Shown here: positions 1 through 9,453 of the stretch, piece by piece
Numbering within the stretch: position 1 is the first letter of the stretch
Layout of the letters: every line of letters begins with the position of its first letter
Origin: an uncultured Methanosarcinales archaeon
GTDB lineage: Archaea; Nanobdellota; Nanobdellia; Woesearchaeales; GW2011-AR15
Assembly: GCA_964552005.1 (NCBI GenBank)
Contig: CAZKFC010000001.1
Location: 109,934 to 173,933 of the forward strand
Reading direction: 5' to 3'
DNA length: 64,000 nucleotides
Position numbers and translations under genes: made by a program
Notes under the pieces: generated by a model
What the model was told of the DNA's origin: nothing
Databases searched by the model: none
Seen by the model: the letters and a program-made list of their open reading frames with translations, nothing else

Positions 1-615
1 ACTCTTGGTTTGCTTGCTTTAATTTTCCTTATTAAATTTATTTTAGATGCACAAGATGATGATAAAAAAAGAGCAATGTTAATTGATTTACTTCTAATCT
101 TAATAATTATTATCTTAGGATTAGTAGTTGTAACTTTATGTTTTAACACATTTAAAACTAAAATTGGCTTAGAGTATCAAAACAAGATAAATGAAACACA
201 GAACCAATGTTTAACATATTATGATGAAGGCATATGTAAATCTAGTTATTATATTAAATTTAATGAAGATTCTAAATTTAAACTAGATTTGTCTGATTGG
301 TTCTATGATCCTGATAATGATGAATTACATTATAGTGCGAGCGAAGTTGATAATATTAAATTAAAAAGAACTAAGAGTGTTGTTACATTGATCCCAGAAA
401 AGAATTGGCATGGTACAGAAGAAATTATATTTTATGCAGATGATAGAAAAGGCGGGACTGCAGAATCCAGAAAATTTTATATCCATGTTTTGGATAAAAA
501 AGAATTTTTTGTACAAGACTTTGTACTAGATTACCATGTTTATTTATTTGTTGGGATTGGACTTATTTTACTATTGGTCATTCTGTTTTTGATATCTCTT
601 ATTCTTATAGATTAA
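1..615 (+). CDS. 3' part of a membrane-anchored surface protein with a cadherin/Ig-like (tandem-95-like) domain
   Basis: Frame open from base 1; DLSDWFYDPDNDEL...LIPEKNWHGTEEIIFYADD motif between hydrophobic helices. Confidence 0.6.
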   Translation, partial: TLGLLALIFLIKFILDAQDDDKKRAMLIDLLLILIIIILGLVVVTLCFNTFKTKIGLEYQNKINETQNQCLTYYDEGICKSSYYIKFNEDSKFKLDLSDWFYDPDNDELHYSASEVDNIKLKRTKSVVTLIPEKNWHGTEEIIFYADDRKGGTAESRKFYIHVLDKKEFFVQDFVLDYHVYLFVGIGLILLLVILFLISLILID

Positions 616-1751
616 CCAATAATTTCTTTAACAGCGTATATGAATAAGCCAGAACTCCATGCAAAGGGAGATTCTGCTTTATAAAAAAATCTTTTTACTG
701 GTCCGTTTTTGTCATACACTTCATAAACATGTCTGTGCTTAATAATTAATGAAGAAATCTTGTCTAATAATTCAATTGCTTTTTTTTTCATGCCCAATTT
801 ATTTTTTGCTAATGCATTTATACACCCGAGCCATAGCCATGACAATCCGTTATGATAATCTTTCAACCCAAGTAATTTTGTTTGCAATGAAACATAATTA
901 TCAGGATAATTAGGATGAACACATTGCGATGGAATTTCGTTAATATCAAATATATGGGATGCTTCTTCAATATGGCGTGCTTTTTCCTTATCAGCAATAT
1001 CCCATAAAATAGCTAAGATATTGCCGTCTGTGGAAAAATAATTATACCTTTTATTACTATCAATCCAGTCTAAATAATGTTCTCCACTCCAAAATAATTC
1101 ATTAATTTTATTCTTTACTTTTTTGTGCAGATTAAGATAAGTCTTACTTTTGTTTTTATCACCACTTTTTTCATAAACTTTTGAAATACAGTACAAAGCA
1201 TGACAATGACACACGTTTGTGTAGAGAACTTTCCCTTTTTTCTTTATGCTGTCTGCCCAGTTGCAATATTCATTCTCCTCTATAAGCAAATCTTTGTCTT
1301 TGTCATTTAGAAAATTCCACTTCATTACTTTTTCAACTTTTTCAATATTATTTGCTAAGAACTTTTTATCTTTTGTAGCTTTCATATATTCATATAAAGA
1401 AATAATAAAAAGGCTGTTCTGATCAACTGTTTTTTTATGTGATTTATCTGTCTTATACACAGCTTTTCTCTTTCCCAAATTAAATCCATAAAAAGAGAAG
1501 ACAATGCCAAGCGAATTTTTACCTATCCTTAGCGGAATTTGTCCTTCTGCATTTATATTTCTTAAAAATAGTTTAAGGTTCTGCCTTACAATATCATAAT
1601 CTTCCTTTACTAAACTACCGTAGCTAGCAAAAAACGAGTCACGCGCCCAATAATCTTTGAAATGATGCAGACCAGCAAAAATGCCTTCTTTAGAGTAACA
1701 CGCTCTTAAATTATCAGAGGCAATTTTTAATGCCTGATTAATATTATTCAT
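612..1751 (-). CDS. six-hairpin glycoside hydrolase (amylo-alpha-1,6-glucosidase/invertase-like)
   Basis: YWARDS, NWADS, YHNG..WLWLG, YEVY and AWSSG motifs; start moved to ATG 1751 (MNNINQ) because the longer ORF overlaps the divergent gene. Confidence 0.75.
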   Translation of the reverse strand: MNNINQALKIASDNLRACYSKEGIFAGLHHFKDYWARDSFFASYGSLVKEDYDIVRQNLKLFLRNINAEGQIPLRIGKNSLGIVFSFYGFNLGKRKAVYKTDKSHKKTVDQNSLFIISLYEYMKATKDKKFLANNIEKVEKVMKWNFLNDKDKDLLIEENEYCNWADSIKKKGKVLYTNVCHCHALYCISKVYEKSGDKNKSKTYLNLHKKVKNKINELFWSGEHYLDWIDSNKRYNYFSTDGNILAILWDIADKEKARHIEEASHIFDINEIPSQCVHPNYPDNYVSLQTKLLGLKDYHNGLSWLWLGCINALAKNKLGMKKKAIELLDKISSLIIKHRHVYEVYDKNGPVKRFFYKAESPFAWSSGLFIYAVKEIIG

Positions 1752-1839
1752 AAATATACTTTTATTATAAGCATTTTTATATTTTTGCACAAAATTTTTA
1801 AATATATCAATTCTATATACTTGTATAGGGGGTTTTAAC

Positions 1840-2103
1840 TTGGATTTTGATAAATTAATGGAATACCAGAACTTACTGCAGCAAAGATTAAGAAAGGAGC
1901 AGCAGGTTGATAAGAAAATTGAATTACTTACTATAATAAACCACCTTACCATGGGGCCAAAAAATATTGTCCAGAAAGAACAGATAATGATAGAGGCTGT
2001 TTCTCGAGGGTTTTCTGAGAGTGAAGTTGATAAATTACTTGATCAGTTAATAAAAGAAAACATAATTTATGAATCTTCTCCAGGTTACATCAAAAAAAGA
2101 TGA
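1840..2103 (+). CDS. small winged-helix protein (MCM/RPA32 C-terminal wHTH-like)
   Basis: EAVSRGFSESEVDKLLDQLIKENIIYESSPGYI pattern; G-run before TTG start. Confidence 0.6.
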   Translation: MDFDKLMEYQNLLQQRLRKEQQVDKKIELLTIINHLTMGPKNIVQKEQIMIEAVSRGFSESEVDKLLDQLIKENIIYESSPGYIKKR

Positions 2104-2165
2104 AATCTTTTTTTGGGCTTTAAAAATTAATAAAATTTTTAAAATATTAAAAAAAGGTGATTATT

Positions 2166-2879
2166 ATGACAGAAGCATTATACATGGATGATTCTTATTT
2201 AAAAGAGTTTGAAGCAATAGTAAAAACAGTTAGTAATGGTAAATACATTGTTTTAGATAAAACTGCTTTTTTTCCTAAAGGCGGCGGTGTTGAATGGGAT
2301 ACAGGTGTTATGGTACGCAAGAAAGATAATAAAGAATTTAAAGTTATCTATGCAGGTAAATTTAAGGGAGAGATTAGCCACGAAGTTGATCAAGAAGGCT
2401 TAAAAGAAGGTGATGATGTCCATTGTAAAATTGATTGGAACAGGCGCTATAAATTAATGAGGTATCATACAGCTACACATGTTTTTACCGGTATTTTATT
2501 TAAAGACTATAATCTTAAGGTTACAGGCAACCAATTGACAACAGAGAAAGGCAGGGTTGATTTAAATATGGAAACCATGGACGTTAGTTTATTAAAAGAG
2601 GCTATTGAAAAATCTAATGACATAATAAAAAAAGACTTGCCTGTTGAGATTTATTATGTGAGCAGGAAAGAAGCAGAAAAGCATCCTGACCTGTTTAAAT
2701 TGGCCATAGGATTTCCACATGATATTGATAAAATTAGGATTGTTGATATAAAAGGATTTGATAAACAGGCAGACGGGGGCTGCCATGTTAAATCATTAAA
2801 AGAAATTGGTAAATTAGTGTTTAAGGAAGCTGTTAATAAAGGCAAGCAGAATAGGAGGGTTTATTTTACAGTTGAATAA
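2166..2879 (+). CDS. alaXM: alanyl-tRNA editing protein AlaX-M
   Basis: LYMDDSY, VLDKTAFFPKGGG, HTATH and DGGCH Zn-binding motifs. Confidence 0.9.
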   Translation: MTEALYMDDSYLKEFEAIVKTVSNGKYIVLDKTAFFPKGGGVEWDTGVMVRKKDNKEFKVIYAGKFKGEISHEVDQEGLKEGDDVHCKIDWNRRYKLMRYHTATHVFTGILFKDYNLKVTGNQLTTEKGRVDLNMETMDVSLLKEAIEKSNDIIKKDLPVEIYYVSRKEAEKHPDLFKLAIGFPHDIDKIRIVDIKGFDKQADGGCHVKSLKEIGKLVFKEAVNKGKQNRRVYFTVE

Positions 2880-2926
2880 TTTTTTTTGAACCAATATCTT
2901 TAAAAACGTTTGTTTCTCAAGTAGAT

Positions 2927-3586
2927 ATGATGAAAAAAATTGAGGTTTATGTTAAAGAAGCCTTAAAGAAAGGATATTCTTCTGATCAAATAGAATCAAA
3001 GCTAATTGAATCAGGATATCCTGTGAAAACTGCTAAATCTCTTGTTAATAAATATATTAAAAAACCAATTAGTTTTAAACATCTAATTTTTATTTTGGCT
3101 CCAATAGTTCTTATCATTATAATTTCCGCTCTTTTATTTAAGCAAACAGAGATAGAATCTAATACACAAACCGATGAAATAATAAGTCCAGGACTATATC
3201 TAATTGATAAGGATAGGTATGTTGTGGTTTATCCAGAATCTTGTCTGGTTGAAGAATCTCTTAACAGAATTAATTGTCTTTCTGAAGAAAATAATGTGAA
3301 TTTATCAGAATATTCTTTTTGTGGATTATATGTTGGGAAACATGTTTATGAAAATATGAATCTTGATTCAGGCATGATTGTAGGGGATATAATAACTGCT
3401 GCAAATGAATTAAAAATGAATGAGGAGCTAGATTTTTGGGATTTTTTATCTACAAAACAACCAGGGGATAAAGTCATGCTTACAATAAAAGATAAGGGAG
3501 ATATTGAGATAGAAATATATAAGTCATTATCTTCACAAAAGAATACAATTGGATATTCACTTTCTAGTCTTTTGTGCAAGGAATAA
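2927..3586 (+). CDS. single-pass membrane protein with PDZ-like C-terminal domain
   Basis: One TM helix; SGMIVGDIITAAN...KQPGDKVMLTI. Confidence 0.6.
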   Translation: MMKKIEVYVKEALKKGYSSDQIESKLIESGYPVKTAKSLVNKYIKKPISFKHLIFILAPIVLIIIISALLFKQTEIESNTQTDEIISPGLYLIDKDRYVVVYPESCLVEESLNRINCLSEENNVNLSEYSFCGLYVGKHVYENMNLDSGMIVGDIITAANELKMNEELDFWDFLSTKQPGDKVMLTIKDKGDIEIEIYKSLSSQKNTIGYSLSSLLCKE

Positions 3587-3619
3587 TTTATTATTAGCGA
3601 GCGAGTTTTAGCTCGCTAA

Positions 3620-4223
3620 GGGGTTTAAAACCCCGCACTTTAGTGCGAGTTCTAGAAAGTTTTTATAGCGGCTTCGCCGCAGTATATATTGCGGACGAAG
3701 TCACGCTGTATAACAACATAGATAGCGTGAGCTTTGCTCCGTGGAGGAGCAAAAATGCAAATAAGCACAACATTGAGACGATACAGCCACAAAGTTGGTT
3801 TAAATTTTTGGCACTTTGAATGGTGTACAAAGTACCGCTATAATATGATGAAGCGAACGGAGATTAAAAATCTTGTGCAAGCAAGCATATTGAAAAGTGC
3901 AAAAGAGCATAATATAAAGATTCACATAATTAAGGTACTGCCTGAACATGTTCATCTTTTGGCAAGCCTGCCAAAAGGAATGCTTGATTCACAAGCATTA
4001 AGATTATTGAAAGGTAGGTCTGCTTATCTGATTTTTAGGAACAGAAAAAACATGAGATTAAGATATCCACGAGGAAATTTCTGGGTAGCAGGAGCATTTT
4101 CTGTAACAGTTGGATATAATGACTTAGACTCAATGGCAAATTACATAGAAAATCAAGAACTTCATCATGGGTTAGCCAGCACTTAGCTGGAAACCCCACA
4201 CTTTTGTGTGGGGAGGATGTCAT
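3620..4223 (+). mobile_element. IS200/IS605-family element, tnpA only (left boundary approximate)
   Basis: Related subterminal hairpins AAACCCCGCACTTTAGTGCG (left) and AAACCCCACACTTTTGTGTGGGG-AGGATGTCA (right) flank a Y1 transposase. Confidence 0.8.
3755..4186 (+). CDS. tnpA: Y1 (HUH) transposase
   Basis: HFEWCTKYR, EHVH (HUH), LKGRSA, FW, YIENQ catalytic Tyr; GGAGG before ATG 3755. Confidence 0.92.
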   Translation: MQISTTLRRYSHKVGLNFWHFEWCTKYRYNMMKRTEIKNLVQASILKSAKEHNIKIHIIKVLPEHVHLLASLPKGMLDSQALRLLKGRSAYLIFRNRKNMRLRYPRGNFWVAGAFSVTVGYNDLDSMANYIENQELHHGLAST

Positions 4224-4495
4224 ATTTTTATTAATTTTAGTTTTTTGAGTTTCATAATAAAATTAATTAAATCTTTATGGACTATGCTATCCTCAATTTC
4301 AAATTGTTGGCTAAGTTTTTTTTTAATTTTATTTAATGAGGTTTTTCCATCTATTAAATTCCAAATTAGTGAACCCAGAGAATTCAGCTGATAAAATGTC
4401 TGATTTTTAGTGTTATATATTAATACTTCTGTATCAGCATATTCATACACCACATCCTCTATAATAACAGGAACAATACTTGTTTTGGAATTCAT
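4220..4495 (-). CDS. PqqD-family RiPP recognition element (RRE)
   Basis: 91 aa; YQLNSLGSLIWNLIDGK...LSQQFEI....VHKDLINFIMKL. Confidence 0.88.
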   Translation of the reverse strand: MNSKTSIVPVIIEDVVYEYADTEVLIYNTKNQTFYQLNSLGSLIWNLIDGKTSLNKIKKKLSQQFEIEDSIVHKDLINFIMKLKKLKLIKI

Positions 4496-5511
4496 GTTTT
4501 ACATTTCTTTTTAAATCTTAGTAACAAACTTAGTTTATATAAATTATACAATTTTAAGTGAATTGGACACATTCTTATTTGAGTAATAAATCTTTGATTT
4601 TTATTAGGATAATACTTATTAAAAATATAATTTATATTAATAAACTTAAGTGCATTTTTGATTCTTTTTTTACTGTTTTTCTCTAAATTTGAAAAAACAA
4701 AATCTGGAATATTGGTATTAAAATATTTTTTCATAAAACTAAGACCTAATAATACAACATCATTTGTCCCGTACTTAATTGATTTTTGTATTAGTTTTCT
4801 CCAATTAATTTTCTTTTTTTTAATTATTAATTTTATGTCAATAAAATTACGGAGATAATAACTAACTTGTTGGTAAAACAGTGAAGATAATGAAATAATA
4901 ATCATATCTTCAAAACATGGCACACAATATGATTTACTAAGCTTTTTATTATTTAGTATGTCTTCTGTTTTGATAGTAAAAGGATTGCCCTTTTCCAAAA
5001 CATCCCAATGCACTTCTACTAACACTTTACCATATTTTGTTTTTTTTGAAAAGGGCAAATGATGAGAATAATTTTTCCAGTAATTTGAGTGGATGTCATG
5101 TAACTTTTCTTCACAGTATCCTTCTTTTCGTAGTATCTTTTTAATAAGTACTAAATTCTTTTTTTTAATCAATAGATCAATGTCCCGAAGTACTCTTAAA
5201 TTTATTGGAGTATAAATCGTATTTAGAAGACTTACTCCCTTTATGAAAACATAATTGATTTTGTTTGTTTTTAAGTGATGAGCAATTTTTTTTGATTCTC
5301 TTAAAAGAAGTATATTAATCTGCAGATTTTTTATTGCCTCTTTTTTAAATTTTGTTTTAACTTCACTATCAGTAATTTTTTCTCCAAGAAGACCGTATAT
5401 GTATGATCCTATCATATTGTTTGATGAAAACACTATTAATTCTTGCCAATTAATTTTATCTTTAATTCTTTTAGGTGAATTTATTATATTCAGAACTGTT
5501 TGATAATTCAT
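4492..5511 (-). CDS. nucleotidyltransferase family protein (NTP_transf_5-like)
   Basis: FIKGVSL..IY....R...DIDLLI, VEVHW and FIDI motifs. Confidence 0.85.
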   Translation of the reverse strand: MNYQTVLNIINSPKRIKDKINWQELIVFSSNNMIGSYIYGLLGEKITDSEVKTKFKKEAIKNLQINILLLRESKKIAHHLKTNKINYVFIKGVSLLNTIYTPINLRVLRDIDLLIKKKNLVLIKKILRKEGYCEEKLHDIHSNYWKNYSHHLPFSKKTKYGKVLVEVHWDVLEKGNPFTIKTEDILNNKKLSKSYCVPCFEDMIIISLSSLFYQQVSYYLRNFIDIKLIIKKKKINWRKLIQKSIKYGTNDVVLLGLSFMKKYFNTNIPDFVFSNLEKNSKKRIKNALKFININYIFNKYYPNKNQRFITQIRMCPIHLKLYNLYKLSLLLRFKKKCKT

Positions 5512-5551
5512 ATTACAAAAGATTGATAGTTAAAATAAATAGCTTTTGGTA

Positions 5552-6385
5552 TTAGATTATTTTTTTCAATATGTTCTCTTTATAAGGAAAATGTAGTTCA
5601 TAACAAGATATGTGATTACAAAAATCAATAGCTTTTTTAATGGCAAATTTTTGTAATTGAGTTTTATTTTTGAAATGAACAGACATTGATACAAACTCAT
5701 TTTGGAGTAGCATTGGAACACTTTCTGTAAATCCCAATCTTTTTTTGGATAATTTTGTAGATTGTTTAATAAAAAAAATCTTTGATATTTTACTTTTTTT
5801 GATATCTGGTCGTACAGACCCACCGAAAGGTGTGGCAAAAGAGTAGTAGATATTGTTAATCTTTCTTATAGCAATAAATTCATCACCCTGTGTGGTAAAT
5901 CCGGTTTTTTTGGCAAATTCTGCTAAAGTTGTTTTTCCACTTCCAGGAAGACCAGAAAAGAGGTTAGACTTTTTATTATATATTATTGATGAACTATGAA
6001 GTAAAAAACCATCTTTTTGAAGTAGAAATATTGCATAAGCAGATCTTACTATATTTCTAATTATGAGAGGAAATTTCCCATATTTTGCAGGAAGCTTGTA
6101 TTCATAATCAGAACCCAGTTTTCCATTGAACAAAGTTGACTCTAATAAATATATATTTTGATTTTCAATAATCTTAATTTTATTATAAACCACTTCATTT
6201 TTCTTTTCATTTAGTACAATATTATTCACATTTTTGTTGTTATTTTTTAATACAATATTTAAATCTGCAGTTCTGCTTTTTACATTATATTCTTTAAAAA
6301 TATCTATACAATCTTCGGACACAGAAGACGGCAAATTTAATTTAATAATGTGATTAAATATAGCAAAGTAAAACTCTTTTGTCAT
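5552..6385 (-). CDS. HPr-kinase-like P-loop protein (ScmC/lasso-kinase-like)
   Basis: LLHSSSI, FSGLPGSGKTT, GDE and ATPFGG motifs. Confidence 0.8.
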   Translation of the reverse strand: MTKEFYFAIFNHIIKLNLPSSVSEDCIDIFKEYNVKSRTADLNIVLKNNNKNVNNIVLNEKKNEVVYNKIKIIENQNIYLLESTLFNGKLGSDYEYKLPAKYGKFPLIIRNIVRSAYAIFLLQKDGFLLHSSSIIYNKKSNLFSGLPGSGKTTLAEFAKKTGFTTQGDEFIAIRKINNIYYSFATPFGGSVRPDIKKSKISKIFFIKQSTKLSKKRLGFTESVPMLLQNEFVSMSVHFKNKTQLQKFAIKKAIDFCNHISCYELHFPYKENILKKII

Positions 6386-6420
6386 ATTAGAATCCAAGAA
6401 TGTAACTACAATCTTAAATA

Positions 6421-6498
6421 TTATGTTGTTCTTGCATCTAAAATTTCAATTTTATCTAATTTTTTTATTTTAGGGGCCATATATTTATTTTTTTTCAT
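6421..6498 (-). CDS. 25-aa putative RiPP precursor MKKNKYMAPKIKKLDKIEILDARTT
   Basis: Hand-translated; YxxPxI leader motif; TTTATAAA about 24 nt upstream; first gene before kinase, nucleotidyltransferase and RRE. Confidence 0.72.
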   Translation of the reverse strand: MKKNKYMAPKIKKLDKIEILDARTT

Positions 6499-6521
6499 GA
6501 ATCATACATAATCATAATTAC

Positions 6522-6529
6522 TTTATAAA
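6522..6529 (-). promoter_or_regulatory. TATA box candidate for the peptide gene
   Basis: TTTATAAA at archaeal spacing from ATG 6498 (weak evidence in AT-rich DNA). Confidence 0.45.
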
Positions 6530-6542
6530 TGTTTTTTTAAAT

Positions 6543-7832
6543 CTATTTTTTGACTTTGGAAATAATTGATCGTTTTTTGTAATCTGTTTTTTTTGGTACT
6601 CCAGAGGTAATATTTATTTTTATTTCAAGGGCAGGTCCAAAAAAAGACATTAGTGCTTTTTTTGCTTTTTCGAGTTTAATCTTGGATTTGTTATTGAATT
6701 TTTGGGATTTTATTATGTTTATTAGTATCTTATCTTTTTTTTCCTGAATTATTTCAAATTGTTTAATCCCATTTAAAGATCTTAGGTGCCAAGATGGGAT
6801 TCTGTTTGGAGATATTTTTCTGTTATTTGGTAAAATAAATATATCATCTTTTCTTCCTGTTAATTGCTTTAATAATGGCCAAGTTCTACCACAGTAACAT
6901 CTTTTGCTAATAGGTATGCCTAAATCTCCCAAATCATATCTAATCAAAGGCATTGCATAATTATAAAGATTTGTTATAACTATGTGTCCTTCTTTGTTGG
7001 ACTCAATTTCATTTCCTTCAGAATCAAGAAACTCCACAATACAACCATCCGTGATTATGTGGAGACCATTGTGTTTTTCACATTCAAAAGCAATTCTTGA
7101 TACTTCAGCGGCCCCATAGATATTAAATATCTTATTACCAAAAAATTTTGTTAATTTTCTTCTTTCAATTAAAGTAATTACCTCACCATGAAGAGAGATT
7201 GTTCTTGGCTTTTTGATTTTTATATTATTTTCTTGTAGATAAGTAATAAATTCAATAAGAAATGAAGGAGAACTTGCAATATGTTTTGGTGATATTTTTA
7301 TATATTCTCTAACAACATCTTCTAATGTATCTGAGATATCAAGGTCATACCTTTTAAAAATTCCAAATTTAGATAACAATGACTTTTTTGTATTTGGTTC
7401 AGGGATATGAAATCTTATAGTTTTATCTAGTAGAGATCTTCCCTGTTCTAATGCCACATATAGAATTAAAGCGTTATTATAATCAATTTCTTTTTTTGTA
7501 GTGAGGATTTTTAATGGTTTGCCTGTAGAACCCGAAGTAAAAATTATTTCATGTTTTTTTCTTAATTTTTTTTTTGAAATTATAGATTCATAATTTTCTT
7601 GAATATCTTCTTTTTTTGTAATTGGAATTTTTTTTAAATCGTTTTTTGTTCTTATATCTCTTGGGGATATGTTGTTATCGTTAAAGAGCTTTCTGTAATA
7701 AGGAACATTATTATAAGAATAGTGAATTAAATTTTTTAATTTCTCATTTTGAATTTTTTCCAACTTTTCAAGATTAAATCTTTGATGTAGCTTTAGTTTT
7801 AGTAAATAGTAGAGAGTTTTTATAATTGCCAT
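6543..7832 (-). CDS. phenylacetate-CoA ligase family (CapK-like) adenylating enzyme
   Basis: YNNVPYYR, TSGSTGKP, YGAAE, MPLIRYDLGD, GRKDD. Confidence 0.88.
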   Translation of the reverse strand: MAIIKTLYYLLKLKLHQRFNLEKLEKIQNEKLKNLIHYSYNNVPYYRKLFNDNNISPRDIRTKNDLKKIPITKKEDIQENYESIISKKKLRKKHEIIFTSGSTGKPLKILTTKKEIDYNNALILYVALEQGRSLLDKTIRFHIPEPNTKKSLLSKFGIFKRYDLDISDTLEDVVREYIKISPKHIASSPSFLIEFITYLQENNIKIKKPRTISLHGEVITLIERRKLTKFFGNKIFNIYGAAEVSRIAFECEKHNGLHIITDGCIVEFLDSEGNEIESNKEGHIVITNLYNYAMPLIRYDLGDLGIPISKRCYCGRTWPLLKQLTGRKDDIFILPNNRKISPNRIPSWHLRSLNGIKQFEIIQEKKDKILINIIKSQKFNNKSKIKLEKAKKALMSFFGPALEIKINITSGVPKKTDYKKRSIISKVKK

Positions 7833-7893
7833 ATCACCTTTTTATCTATATTATTAAAAAAATATTTAAGAATATATAAAATCATCTAGATTA

Positions 7894-9453
7894 ATGAAAA
7901 CTATTCTTATCTGTTTTGACGATGTAGGTTCGATCTCTGTTAGGTTATTGCATGCTTTCTTAGATAAAAAGGAACACGATGTTACCTCTGTTTTTCTAAT
8001 TGATGTTTCAAAACCAATTGATTATAATTTTTTTGTTAAAACAATCAAGAATTATAATCCAGGTTTAGTTGCTATTCAGGTTTTATCTAATTATGTTAAG
8101 CTTTCTGAAAAAATTACCAAAAAGATAAAAAAAAATATTGGGTGTCACGTGCTGTGGGGAGGTCCACATCCAACCATAAATCCACACACTAGCTTGAAAT
8201 ATGCAGATTTTATTTGTGTTGGTGAAGCTGAATATGCTATTAGTGAACTAATCACCTTAATGCAACAAAATAAACCAATTTATACTATCAAAAATATTGG
8301 TTATAAAAAAAATAATAAGAAATACATAAACCCTTTGCGACCCTTGATACAAGATTTAGATAGGTTGCCTTTTCCAGATTTTTCCGATAAAAAGAAAGTC
8401 TATATCTACAAAAATAAGATTTTTAAGACCCCACCAATAGATAGCTTGGAATACTACTATAAGTTCAATTATCCAATTATCACTTCAAGAGGATGCCCCT
8501 ATAATTGTACTTATTGTGGTAGTTATAATTTGAAGAAAATATATGGGAAAACATATCATGTGAGAAGAAGGGGCGTTAAAAATGTGATTGAAGAACTTAA
8601 ACTTGCCAAAAAGATGTTTCCTTCTATTGTAAAAGTGGCTTTTGTTGATGATGTTTTTACCTTAGATATTAAGTGGCTTAAGAAGTTTTGTAAAGAATAT
8701 AAGCATAATATAAATTTGCCATTTTATTGTCATCTACATACTAAAATGGCTGATGAGGAAAAATTAAAATTAATTAAAGAAGCTAATTGTGTAAATGTAG
8801 GTTTAGGAATCCAATCAGGCTCCGAAAAAATACGAAAAGAAATATTTCACAGATTTGAATCAAATAAAGAAATATTCCAAGTTTCAGATTCTTTAAAAAA
8901 TAAAAAAATAAAGGTGGTGTATGACGTTATTGTTGATAATCCTTATGAAGAATTTGAAGAATATATCTCATCTTTAAGTCTTTTTTTTAAACTTAAAAAA
9001 CCCTTTACCATTAGACTATTTAGTTTGGTGTTCTATCCAAATTTTGAGTTAACATTAAAAGCATTAAAAGATAAAAAAATTTCAATAAAAAACGTTGTAG
9101 GATATAGTAATAATGTTGTTTATCATGGTATGCGATCGAAATATTCTAAAAAAAGTATGTTTATCTATAGTTTATATTCTCTTCTTGGTAAATATTACAT
9201 CCCAAATAAATTTATTAAATTTATTTCACAATCAAAGTACTTAAGAAAAAATCCAAAAGGTTTGTTTTGGTTGACAAATATTATTACAACCACACACTAT
9301 ATTTATAGTTTATTTATTGGATTGATATTTAATTTTATTAAATTACCTAAAAGAACCTTATCTATGATACTAAGAATTTTAAGTAACTTTGTAAATCAAA
9401 AAGTATTTCCATTTATTCATTTACCATATATCTATGAAGAAGAAAAACCATAA
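7894..9453 (+). CDS. B12-binding-domain radical SAM enzyme
   Basis: WGGPHPT, VGEAE, SRGCPYNCTYC, GIQSGS. Confidence 0.9.
   Translation: MKTILICFDDVGSISVRLLHAFLDKKEHDVTSVFLIDVSKPIDYNFFVKTIKNYNPGLVAIQVLSNYVKLSEKITKKIKKNIGCHVLWGGPHPTINPHTSLKYADFICVGEAEYAISELITLMQQNKPIYTIKNIGYKKNNKKYINPLRPLIQDLDRLPFPDFSDKKKVYIYKNKIFKTPPIDSLEYYYKFNYPIITSRGCPYNCTYCGSYNLKKIYGKTYHVRRRGVKNVIEELKLAKKMFPSIVKVAFVDDVFTLDIKWLKKFCKEYKHNINLPFYCHLHTKMADEEKLKLIKEANCVNVGLGIQSGSEKIRKEIFHRFESNKEIFQVSDSLKNKKIKVVYDVIVDNPYEEFEEYISSLSLFFKLKKPFTIRLFSLVFYPNFELTLKALKDKKISIKNVVGYSNNVVYHGMRSKYSKKSMFIYSLYSLLGKYYIPNKFIKFISQSKYLRKNPKGLFWLTNIITTTHYIYSLFIGLIFNFIKLPKRTLSMILRILSNFVNQKVFPFIHLPYIYEEEKP

Noticed and set aside
1752..1952. N-terminal extension of the glycoside hydrolase (similarly gatE 24518-24625 and asnS 48763-48825)
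   Set aside because: Extensions cross promoter regions or divergent genes and precede the family-typical start
4187..4223. tnpB or omega-RNA associated with the IS
   Set aside because: Right end follows the tnpA stop within 40 bp; no room
4220..6498. Classical lasso peptide cluster
   Set aside because: No cyclase or B2 protease, and the peptide has no ring-forming core
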